A DNA stretch of 60,091 nt, filler included, from Catajapyx aquilonaris (taxonomy: Eukaryota), in assembly GCA_000934665.2 (NCBI GenBank). It is 2 parts of 2 records of this genome, joined end to end, with 100 filler letters (N's around TTAATTAATTAA, not from the genome) between each part and the next. Parts side by side here need not be neighbours in the genome. Positions count along the whole stretch, not along the records: positions 1 to 29,999 come from JYFJ02004702.1; 1 more part is not named here. One strand, 5' to 3'. The notes beneath the pieces are model-generated. The model was given only the letters and a program-made list of their open reading frames with translations. It did no database searches and had not been told where the DNA came from. The position numbers and the translations under genes were made by a program. Each line of letters opens with the position of its first letter. Position 1 is the first letter of the stretch. This document shows positions 12,990-24,585 of this stretch, one piece after another.

Positions 12990-13849
12990 CTCCGATATTG
13001 CCAAATTGCAGAAACAATATGATGAGTGTGAGAGTGTCCTCAGCCAAGATCACAGAACAACTGAAAGAAATTTAATATTTACTTCATTCCAATCGGGGAT
13101 GTGTATCTTGTTATCACGTATTTTTTAAAGAATAGGACCGGCTCCAAGTTCCTCATATACAATCTTGACTTTTTATGGAGACATTATAGAAATCCTCAAT
13201 GAGCTGTGAACAATTATTTCGAAAAGCTATGTGTTACGTGCAGAAAGAAATCTCACATTGTCGCTCACTTTAGAAATCTAGACTTATTATAGGCCTACAG
13301 CCTAACAGCGCATCAACACTTTAGTATAAAATATATTGCGACCTTACGGAAAAATATCGTTAACTTATATGTACTTTTCTTTCTGATCCCAATTATTTTA
13401 ATCATCTGGTTTGCTGAATATGAGTTCTGGACCAATCTAAACACATGAACTTAGTTAGAAAAATGCAAGGCATAGAATGCTCCCATACTGGTACAACACT
13501 GGTACGAAAGTACCAACACATTGACTTTAAAAGCTTGTACGAACCTCGCAATGGTACGATACGGGAGGCAGAGTCACCACACGCATGCACAAGACCTTGA
13601 TGGTGCTGTCTGGCAGATTGTCCACATGAAACAGGGAAGATCAGGGATCTGAATGAAGCAGATGAGCTGTCTTTAGGGTGATCGCGTGGAGGGGGTACAC
13701 TTTGAACCTTAGGCATTGCTCTGCACGTACTGCTGCGAGTGATTCGCAAATGGTATCGTAAGGTTCGCCAGGGATGACTCTAAAAGTCCTGGCAACCAGG
13801 GGTGCCGAGTGGTAACAGTGTTGCCAATAATTACACTAATACGCAAGGT

Positions 13850-14858
13850 TTTGTTGTTTTGAAATGGACATGTCTATCTGAACGGCTTTTCTCTGCAGAT
13901 TACGAAAATAACATTGAAAAATCCGTACCATGTCTGGTTTTCGAGTTACAGGGTGTGTCATAAATTCACGTGGGTATGTCCACATGTCCAGCGCGTGACG
14001 TGGATGGAGTTGACCTACAGCAACGTACTTACACCACATTGTTGTGACATTCATCCTTGTTACCACCACCAAGTTTCATTCCGATTGCATCATTCCACTC
14101 GGAGGTATGCACCTCAGAAGGTGTAAAAGTGTGGGTCGGAGGTGCATATGTAGGTGAACTTGCAGGCATCAAATAAAATCATAATTATGTAATGAATCAA
14201 GATAACTAATTGTGATATTGTACAAAGAGTAGGTGCCGATGCTCTATCATACGCCATCATCAAATAAAGTGCACGACAATTCAAGATGGATCAGGAGCGT
14301 TTGGAAGAGACCCCCACCCATGCACAAAATGTGTAGTATTACATACGTTGCGCCTTCCCGATAAATTGCCTTTTGTGCATGTAATGGGTGGGGGTGTCTT
14401 CCAAACGCTCCTGATCCATCGTGAATTGTCGTGCACTTTATTTGATGATGGCATATGATAGAGCATCGGCACCTACTCTTTGTACAATATCACAATTAAT
14501 GTTATCTTGATTCATTACATAATTATGATTTTACTTGATGCCTGCAAGTTCACCTACATATGCACCTCCGACCCACACTTTTACACCTTCTGAGGTGCAT
14601 ACCTCCGAGTGGAATGATGCAATCGGAATGAAACTTGGTGGTGGTAACAAGGATGAATGTCACAACAATGTGGTGTAAGTACGTTGCTGTAGGTCAACTC
14701 CATCCACGTCACGCGCTGTACATGTGGACATACCCACGTGAATTTATGACACACCTTGTAACTTGAAAACTAGACGTGGTACAGATTTTTCAATGTCATT
14801 TTCGTAATCTGCAGAGAACATCCGTTCGGATACACCTGTTTATTTAAAAACAACAGAA
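13850..14858. mobile_element. ~1-kb palindrome (arms ~480 bp, ~42-bp spacer), probably Tc1/mariner-derived foldback or MITE
   Basis: 13950-14328 is almost exactly the reverse complement of 14371-14755; the outer ~100 bp is more diverged. It contains a mariner-like TACAGGGTGT motif at ~13947. It is absent from duplication copy 2. Confidence 0.85.
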
Positions 14859-14887
14859 AAAAGTAAAAATAAAGATGCAGATAGACG

Positions 14888-14976
14888 CCGGGTTGTGGTG
14901 CACTTGTCGGCCGCGTGCCGGGTTGGGGTGCTCTGGGGGTATCGTGCAGGGTTGTTGTGCACTTGTCGGCCGCGTG
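14888..14976. repeat. GC-rich minisatellite, ~29-30 bp x3
   Basis: Variants of ccgggttgtggtgcacttgtcggccgcgtg in tandem. Confidence 0.7.
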
Positions 14977-15030
14977 TTATCGGACGCCTGTATCAACACC
15001 ATAGAAGTAAAATTCAAAATAATCTACAGT

Positions 15031-15457
15031 CAGTGGTTCCCAATCTGGGGGGCGTAAGAGGATTTCAGGGGGCGGGGGGCGGGAGGCCATGAGAAATACG
15101 TAAAATAATGTAACTTGTTTCCGCTTGGCGCTGCTGGAAATATGAAGGGACCGACTTTTCAGTCTTCTTGCTTGTATCCGATGTGCTTACAGTATAGAAA
15201 GATTCCACTGTACTTTGTCAGCTACATTCACCTAAACTTTGTGACCTTGAACCCTCCAAAAAATTCCACCTGCGGCAGGCTTATTGGCCATTCTGTTGTT
15301 GCCCCTATTTCAACAGGTTTTCATTCCTCAGTAATATAATTTTCTTTCAAGAAACTCTTGCTGAAATTTATTGGGGGGGGGGGGGGGNGGGGGGGGGGCG
15401 TGAGTGTTTGGTGAAAACGAAAAGGGAGCGTCATCACGAAAAGGTTGGGAACCACTG
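15031..15457. mobile_element. hAT-like MITE (~427 bp)
   Basis: TIRs CAGTGGTTCCCAA ... TTGGGAACCACTG are flanked by the direct repeat ATCTACAGT (15022-15030 and 15458-15466). This fits an 8-9 bp TSD resembling the hAT/Charlie NTCTAGAN target preference. Confidence 0.8.
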
Positions 15458-15660
15458 ATCTACAGTATATAGACAACTGAGCAAGACACTTTGTATGAGA
15501 TGCATAAAATGGAAATCCACTTCGTTTAAATTGAGAAGAGTCGTTGAGGACCATAATAATCTCCAGCCAGTAAGTTTGCCAGATGATCCATGTGTGGTGT
15601 AAATCGGGACATGTAAGAGTCCCCATCTGATCAGACACAGTCAGAAGTTGTTCTAGATAA

Positions 15661-16923
15661 CACAGGCCTGCGAAATAATACTTTTTATTTTTTCTGCACA
15701 GTTTTATGTGTTTCTAATGTATTTCTATACGCTGAGTTCAGAAATGCCGAGCTTTTTCCTACATCACGTCAGGTTTTTCCACAAAGTGAGGATAAAGATT
15801 CAGGAAAATCACACAGAAGAGTATATCAGAGTAAAAAAAGCTTTTTGGTTCAGGCCTTGGTGGGGGATGAGTAGGTGTGAGAAAAAAATAGGTTACAAAG
15901 CCACGGCCATCTCCTTCAAGATGAACTAGATGGCATGCGTTGGTACTTACACATATTCGTGGAAAAAAATGTCTTCTATGCACCCACCCTGCCGCGCGGT
16001 TCAGGTGTTGCCACATTAGAGGTTATAAATTAAATTTTAACATTTGAAGATTTTTCTACTCTCTGTGTTTCAATTTATCGTCGTTGACCTGAAATACATA
16101 TTTTCTAAGCTAAATATTGGTTTGACACATTTTTATAACAGCGCACCCAGTATATGTAGGCAACCTGACAGAAATTCTCGATTTGTGTCGAAACTGTAGG
16201 TGACAGAAGTCTTTTCGTATTTTTCCCGAAATCAGCATCAAAAAATACATAAGAAACACTTCTCACTTTGAAGAAAAAACTTTCATCGCATAATTTTGAT
16301 GTATATTATAATATACATTATTATCTATTATTTTCTCGCGAACCGTGCATGACAAAGGCCTCAAACTTAACATACTGAACCTTGTGTCAGTCACAACTAG
16401 TGTCACCAAATATGACGGATGTAACCCAAACACATCACGAATTGTTGAGGTCACAATATATTCTTGGGCATGTGACTGAGAAAGTGACCAATGAAATGCT
16501 ATAAAAATTTATATTTGCATTTTAGAGGAAAACTAATTCCAGGGACGCTTTCTCCTGGTGTTTCTCTTTCTTTCATTGGGTTCTGATCACTTCCACTAAC
16601 CGAAAAAAATTCAGTCAATTTCAGATTTTTGCGATTTTTTTCCTCGTCATGGTATTGCGCAATATGGCGTAAATTTTATAAGCAGCATTAAGGAATAGTT
16701 GAGTACATCCGCGATTATTTTGACCAAGATCCGAGACGGTCTAGCAACATTTAGGCCCCCTTGATTCGGAAAGACCCATAGTAAATCGTTCAAAGTTTTG
16801 AAACGATATATCTCAAAAACTGTGGGTGATAGAAGATTTTTCGTATTTTTCCCGAAATCAGCATTACAAAATACATAAGAAACACCTCTTACTTTGAAGA
16901 AAAAATTTCATCGCAGGCCTGTG
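15661..16923. mobile_element. Non-autonomous CMC (Chapaev/CACTA-like) DNA transposon, 1263 bp
   Basis: Perfect 13-bp TIR CACAGGCCTGCGA with CAC...GTG ends and a 3-bp TAA TSD (15658-15660, 16924-16926). There is an exact empty site in the paralogous copy (TTCTAGA-TAA-TCTATACG at 25276-25293) and a ~100-bp subterminal repeat at ~16190-16290 and ~16815-16915. Confidence 0.9.
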
Positions 16924-19638
16924 TAATCTATACGTATCATTAAATGCTTCCAAGTGACTTCTGTGTAGTGTGACACTTCCTACGTCCCTGTGACGTTTCA
17001 GAAATCAACGCTGTAATAACGTCAATCTTGTATTAATTTTTGTAATCGGCTACTTACATAATTCAACTCACAAGTCAGTATATAAGTCACAATAGGGGTT
17101 ACTACACTAAATGAGAAGTGTGAGATCAAAAACGGCTAAGTAAAAAAAAAGGTCGTTAAATGGCACTTAATTTTCACTGGCACACTCTTGAAACTTTTTA
17201 GGTCCATATTTATGTTGGCTTGGCTCAGCTACACACGAAAATGTGCAATTATTAAGTTAATACCCAATGATAACATTATTGACACTGCAAGTATTTTTGT
17301 TACACCTCCCAAAAATGGACGTTTTTGATCTCACCCCCCCTCAAATATTTGTAGTGTTTTTTCTACGTTGATACAGAGTTATACTGTTTGAGGATATCAA
17401 AAAGTACCGTATATAAGGTAGGCCTATACTAAAATCACCCCAATCCTTCGGATAGATGCTAGTGCTGAAACGTATAGTATAGGTTACGTGCTTACCAATC
17501 ACCTTATTTGATTAAGCAGCTCTTAGACACCAATGACACTTTATGATTGTGAGCCCTAACCTGGATCTCGAGGGTAAGATGGGATGCTGCAGAATTCACA
17601 ATCAAGAACCTCTGATGACTATATTCTGAGGACGTGAAAGCAAATCTAAGATTATGAAGTCGTGTGATTGAACAGAAACATGGCCTTACAGTATCATGAT
17701 GCACCTATCAGAAGCAACGACTAATCAGTTGATATCGGAATATTTGCAGATACAGTGTTACAAACATACACGTCGCCTTCGAGGGAGGCTTCATGTTGTA
17801 CGATATCGTATAGTCGTATACCATTAGACTGATTAGAGGAATCTATTGAGTCGACTGTGGATTTAATCACAGTTTCCATACAACCACGCAAATAATAGCC
17901 AAATGCACAAAATATGTTATACAAAATAAGTCGCATGATATCATCACTTTATCTTTTCGACTATAGTTGTCATTACATCTCTGGGTCACCCAAATATTGC
18001 AGCAAGAATATGCACTACTACTTAATAGGATATGAAGGCGAAGAATGTACGACGCAATCGATTTAAAAACTTTTTTACCTTCCCAACCGTATTAACTAAT
18101 CTAATGAATATTCCGTCAAATTAATTGACCAGTTTGCAGAAGCACAAAGATATAATGTATCCGTGTCAGCCAGTCACTTGAGCCATAACCAACAGCATAA
18201 GTAGGCTACACGGTATGATAAATCATAATGTTTTTTTAGAACAAACTTCTCTCTCTTGACCCAACTATTTCGGAACGAATAAGATTCCAGGTGTGCTGCA
18301 GAAGGTACTCTAAAGTCAACACATATGGAGTACAAAATGAATATTAACACTACACTGTACGCAATATGGTAGTGTGCAGTACATGCTTACTTCATGTGTT
18401 GTGTGAAGACATATCTCACCCCCCCCCCCTTATCTGAATGCAACTCAGCGACATGTAGCCTACACGATATAAGATTCCACAAGATATCTTTCCTTTCATG
18501 ACACCTAATATTTTGATCCCAGAAAGCTTATGTTTTGAATGTATGTCAGAAGAGTAGGACGCTTTGTCTCATTGTCATAATAATTATGTTTCTTACTTGT
18601 TACTGGGTTGGAGGAAAACCATACCCCTATACTCTGTCATATATCGAGCCAAGCAATAAATTATGAGAAAAGGCCATTTTTGTGTACTCTATTCGAAATA
18701 TATTGTACTTTCTTGGTGAACATGTCCGTCGCAAATGCAACATACAATCAAGGCAGTTGGCCAGATGCAATAATAGTGAACATAATTTATTATACCACTG
18801 CATAAGTGCAATGTTCAATTAAAACGTCTTGGAATAATGTCTGCAGCGAATCTCAAGCTTAATAATTATAAGGCGCGTTATGCTTCCATTGAGGTAATTA
18901 CGCAATAAAAACCCGAGATGGAAAGAGGAGGTTTGCCAAATGACGTGCTCAAAGGATCATTCCGGGATAAAATAATCAGTCAGAGGAGGACACCTGACAG
19001 TAATATTTGACGCCTTTCGCATTTGGAGTTACTGGTTATACCGAAAAATGTAGTGTAACATAAGGCTTTGCTTCCTACGTATGTTAATATGTTAATATGC
19101 CATATAATACTATGAAGTTGGAGTAAAACATGGCGTTGAATATATTATGCTTATGTATACAGTAGTTGTATATGCAACGTGGATAATATATTATGCACTA
19201 CGATGATGTGATTCAAATATGTCAACCTCAAACTTTGAAAAACGTAACTTATATGTTGCAAAACAGAGTGATCCAAAATACTCGCCCAACTGGCATGGCT
19301 ATTTCTTGGAGTTAATATGCATATTAAGTAACAGTTACTTCTACACAGTTACTTTTCATTGGTACGAAAAGTATTACACGCTAATAACAAGTTGAGTGTA
19401 CCCATCATTTATGAAGCCTGCAAGGAAATCTGGCAGGCACAAAGTCTGTTTGTCATTTATGTGATATGCCATTAATAATTATAATTGTTCCAATTGGAAA
19501 TTTCCAAACGGAAATACTTTTCAGTACACAGGCTTACATCATTAAATGTTCATCTCGTATTAACCCGGAGAAGAGAATGATGGCCAGAATACTCTTGCAA
19601 AGGTTTCCTTTCAATTTCTTCTTTCATCGCCACGAGTA

Positions 19639-22600
19639 CTAGCTAGGGCAGGTCCTCCTCTTTTTAGGGCATGGGTGATGCGAATGAATTTCTTCTGGTA
19701 ACCGGAATACTTCTTTGCAAATGTTGCACTTGTATGGAAATTCTACGCCTAGTGCTGGAATGTGCTCTGTCCATATATGTTCCTGCAAATGAAGAAATGT
19801 TACCGGTAGGCTACTTATATTAACTTGCAATGTACGTAATTACACTCACAATGAAAATGCATGGAAAGGATATGATTGTATATAGTTTTGGAAACATAAC
19901 AATGTTTGCCCGTTGTTTCTTTAAGAATAGCGTCCACTCTCTGCACTTTTGCAGGATGTAAACATACAGTGGAATCAGTTGTGAAGAACAGGGCTGAATA
20001 ATTTTAATTAACCAACTCCCAAGAAAATCATACAAACAATGGTCCTAAACTTTTGATTATTTCCATCTCTCATTTTCTTATTATTTATTTATTTATTTTA
20101 ATGAAGATTTATCATAATCAATTATGCAGAGGAATTTGACTGATGTGTGGTTTTCATTCAGAATATGCATTGAAATTCAAGAAGCAACACGGCAGCATTC
20201 TCATAAAATACTGCTAAAAGTGAAGTTTAACATTTTTTGTAACAACTGATCGTTCGATTAATGAGAACTTAACTTTTCCATAATTAATGAGCATCATGTG
20301 CTACCGTACACAATGCCTCACGCCAGAATATTTTAAAAGATCACGCACTGTTTAAAAATAATTGTGTACATCACAGTGCTTCACACAAGCAATTTGGCGC
20401 AAGACACTGTTGTTAAGTAGGGCCTACTCGGAAATTGGGCAATGAGCAGCTAGCAGTAGGACTGCATTGAGCCAATTCGGCTGAAAACTATTCCAAGATT
20501 TAAAAATACCGGGGTAGAAATACTCGAATGCGAAGGTGCCGTTTGCACTCCAAAATTATTATTTGCACTCCAAAGTGAGCCATTGAGTGCAACGTTTGCG
20601 CTCCAGTTGGTCCTGCTTTTTAACATGGCCAAACCAAGTAATTAAAAATTAAGCACTCCAAGTAAGTACAGTAATTTGGACTCTAGATGAATGTCTGGAA
20701 TGCAAATGTTTGGCACCTGGACACAAAATTTAAAATTCGACCATACAAACCAACTTCAGAAGTTGATATAGTAGAGGTAGACTATGTGTCTACACTCTAT
20801 ACAGAATGAACCAGTCCTAATGATTTCAGTGCTTACCTCGAGAGAGTGCTTGTCAGGAAAATCTGCTGAACCTGAACTGCATGTTTGCTTTTCCCTGGAT
20901 GCTTTGGACCTTTTAACCTGTACCGGTACTACTTTGTTGACATGCACTCTGCAATGGGCAGAAAGTCCTTGCGACGTGAGAAATTCCCGCTCACAAAGTT
21001 GGCAGACATGTTTCAGTTTGGACGCTTCATTTTCTCCATGCATTTTCTTTACATGACTGCGCAGTGATGAGCGAGGCATTTCTCTTGAACAACACGGGCA
21101 CGAAGATGTCCTGTTGTCCGGATGCTCCTTGCGAATATGAGCATTGTAAATCTTTTTATTCTCAAATTGCTTCCCACAAAAGGAACAGTTCCTGGTGTTA
21201 GTGGTGCTCAGGGGATGCTGTGAGCTAGTTTCTGCATTGCCAGTGGAGGTGTCCTCGATATCTGCTTCGAGTGCTTGTATTTCGGTGTCCATGTGGCCTT
21301 CTCCATGGAGTTTTCCACTGCTTTTGCTGCTGTCTTGTTCACCTGGTGAATGGACATCTCCAAGTAGGGCATTGGTCGCTTCTTCTGCAGCACTTGAGGC
21401 TTCTGAGGAATATTCGCTTATCAGTGCCGGTGTTTCTTCCCATGGGATGGTTGTAGCTTGCGACAGAACCGATGCAGGTGCAGTGTCCTCTCTTGTTTCA
21501 TTGTATGATGCATAATTTGTGACTGTGAATGGTATGTTGTCCTCTGACCCTTGATTTTGTGAGTCGTCTACCGTCTCTTCATCAGCCAAAGTGTGAAGAT
21601 CACTAGGCGGTACGTTTGAATTACAGGTATTGATTCCTTGGTGTGACCGTTGAATATGTTTCTAAAAGATAAAAAGCAATTCAGTAACGAGGCGGGTCAG
21701 CATATGATATTAGTTACCCTATTTAACGCGTTTGCATTTTGTGAGTTACTTGAAGTGCAATATTATAGAGAAACTTCTTGTGACACAGGTTGCAACTCAG
21801 CTTAGGTCTGGTTGGGACCTTTCTTTTATTGACTTAACTAGGTTTACATTGCCACGCTCCTTTAAAATATATCAAACAACGAACTCTACAGCTGATGTCG
21901 TGGGCTATGTGCCGGTAGACTGTAGTCATATAATTTCGGCGCTTACCTCAAGAAAGCTCTTGCCAGGAATATCTTCTGACAATGTACCACATGGTTGCAT
22001 TTCCCTCGCGGCATCGTTACTTGCTTCTTCGATTACCCTTTGGACCTGCTTCGCTACCCTGATATGCACACTGGAATGGGCAGCCAGTCTCTGCTTCGTG
22101 GGAAAGTTCCTGGGACAATGTGGGTCTATGTGATGCCTTTGAATATGGCGTAAGAACCCACGGCGTGTCTGGTACCTCCGTTCGCACACCATGCAGTCGA
22201 AGGTGGCACCCTCCTCATGGTGCAAAGTTACATGATGCTTGTGGTAAGCCATCTCTGAATCAAAACTTTGGCGGCATTGGATGCATGTGTAGGTGGCATT
22301 CATATGCACCTCAGTCTTGTGCTCACGACGCTCAGCCTCAGAAACAAACTTCTCATCACAGAGGAGGCAGGCAAGGCGAGGTGCTTCTTTTACTGTTGTT
22401 GGGCCACCTGCCTGAGGTGCCATCACAGCCTTGGTCTTAGCAGCGCGCTTCTTCGTCTTCGTGGTTTGTATGTGATTAGGACTAATGGGAGATCCATTAG
22501 CAGGCAGAGAACTCATGGGAGGTCTGTTAGTGTGCTGAGGACTACTAGGACATGTGTTAGGATCCTGATGGAAGGTAGGATGCCCATCATGGTGTTGAGG

Positions 22601-24585
22601 ACTGGTAGAAGGAAGTTGAAAACTGGTGGATGGTTCATTGAAATGTTGGGGCAAGGTGTATTGCCCATCGTCACTTTGAGGGCAGGTGGAAGGGCCATTA
22701 ATGGTGCCCCGGGGATCCCGTGAATTGGTTTCTGCATTGCCAGTTGACTGTTTCCACACGTCGGGGTCTGCACGGCCTTCTTCTCCATGTAATCTGGCTT
22801 GTCCTCCTGCTGGTGAAGGTAGCTCTCCAAGTAGTGCATTCTCTTCGGCAGCATCTGATGCATCTGAGTAAGAATCGCTTTCCAGCATTGCTGGTGTTTC
22901 TTCGCATTGGACGGTTGTAGCCTCGTACCAGACTGATGGAGTGTCTTCTCTGGTTCCATCCTTGGTTGCATTGTATGTGACTCTGGAAGGAGTGTTGTCA
23001 TCAGTCTCTTGATTTTGTAAATCGTCAACTGTCCCTTCAGCCGAGGTGCGAAGTTCACAGGGGACGCCTGAGCTACAGGCATCTGTTGCCACTTGACTAC
23101 TTGGTTGGATCACATAATTGCTTGACAGATGTTCAGTTGTCACATTTTCCAAGGCCAGTATTTGAGCAAGTTCTTCGACACTTTCTGGGTATAGCTAGCT
23201 GTCACTTCTCCGATGTAGATTAATTGAAGAAGTGAATTCACCAGCGAAACTGGAAAATCAGGTAAATGAATTGTGTCTGTTAGAGGGTTTTGAATCATCA
23301 AGTCGCGAACGATCGGCGAGACAAGAGACAGCATCAGCCGGTGTGCACTAGTGAGTCCATCCGAACATACTATCCAAATATCCTTTCCCAGGTCCTGGCA
23401 GAATGAGGTGTAAACTTCACTTCTCTCCGTGTCACGAATTAAAGTGACAGATCTCAATGTCAGCTTGTCCTGAAACAAATGCAAAGATTCATAAAAATCC
23501 TGTTGTTAATATTCAATATGTATGGTTTCTAATCTAAAATAACTTAACAGTAAGGGTTAAATTTACAAAAAAATCAATGCAGTTTGACAATTAACGCAAA
23601 TTGTACCAAAGGTTGCCCGAGTATGGTAATGCAACTTGAAAATGGTGTGCAACAATGCTGTGAACATGGTGCAAAAAGACGTCGAAGAACAGTGTTCTAT
23701 TGTGAACTTGAAATAAAATCTTACATAGGAAAGTAATAAAGCACCCGCACTATCTCTCCCATTTAGATTTTCATTGTAGATGTTCATTACTTTCACCTGT
23801 CTCTTCAGCCAACTAATGTGTAATACTGTATAATGAGGAATACGGTCCATATACAAAATTTGGCTATAATAGTGTGGCATGAGTGTGGGTGAGGCTGCCT
23901 TACATATAACTTCGAAAAAAAAATCCTAATTAGTTTGTGGAACTTCTACCTCCAACTCTCCAAGTAATGACACTGTTAACACACGTAAAATGAATATCAA
24001 ACTACAGTACTACATCATGTCACTGCAACAGAGACACTTCATTTGTCAGGGAAAAAGGTACGGCACCATACTACAGTCAACTACAGTGCAGTAAGGAAGA
24101 CTGCACCATATGGACTACACATATTATTCGAGCCACAACATGCCTTTCTCACGTGACACATGTTCGAAGCCCATATTTAGTGAGCACAGAGCATACTTTC
24201 AGACCCTCTGACTTGGCTCATTCATTCATTCAATCCCCGTGCAAAGAACGGTTTCCGCTGCTAGTCAGAAATATGATATTAATCACTTTGCAGATGAGAA
24301 CTTTTCATTGTAATGTCAGTCTTGGCAGTAACTAGTCTAGTATAAGAACTAGCCGCTACTTGTAGTAAAAGTTCAAAGTAATGTACTAAGATAATGCTAC
24401 GATGCATAATACTTAGTCACTCTGTACAATGGTGATACAGTATAAATAATAATTCCCACTAAAATTGATCCAGGTTAATTGTAATGGCATGGTCTTGCAG
24501 GTAAAATTAAAATTGAAATTCATTAGCCTGTATTCTCTGTACTTACGAAAAACTCTCGTTGCCTTGATTCCAAAATGTTAATCAT
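19639..24585 (-). pseudogene. BTB-ZF paralog 3, frameshifted. Exons 24585-24547, 23469-21947, 21661-20837, 19782-19639
   Basis: Close paralog of gene 2. A +2 nt change near 23190 (AGC-TATAC-CCA vs AGC-CAA-CCA) gives a stop at 23140 near the end of the BTB domain. Otherwise the splice sites and downstream frames are intact. Confidence 0.8.

Larger units (their letters stand above)
9900..19730. repeat. Segmental duplication copy 1 (paralogous to ~22000-28648)
   Basis: Colinear high similarity in coding and non-coding DNA: 11150-13480 with 22460-25110, 15570-15660 with 25180-25285, and 16924-19720 with 25283-28648. Confidence 0.9.
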
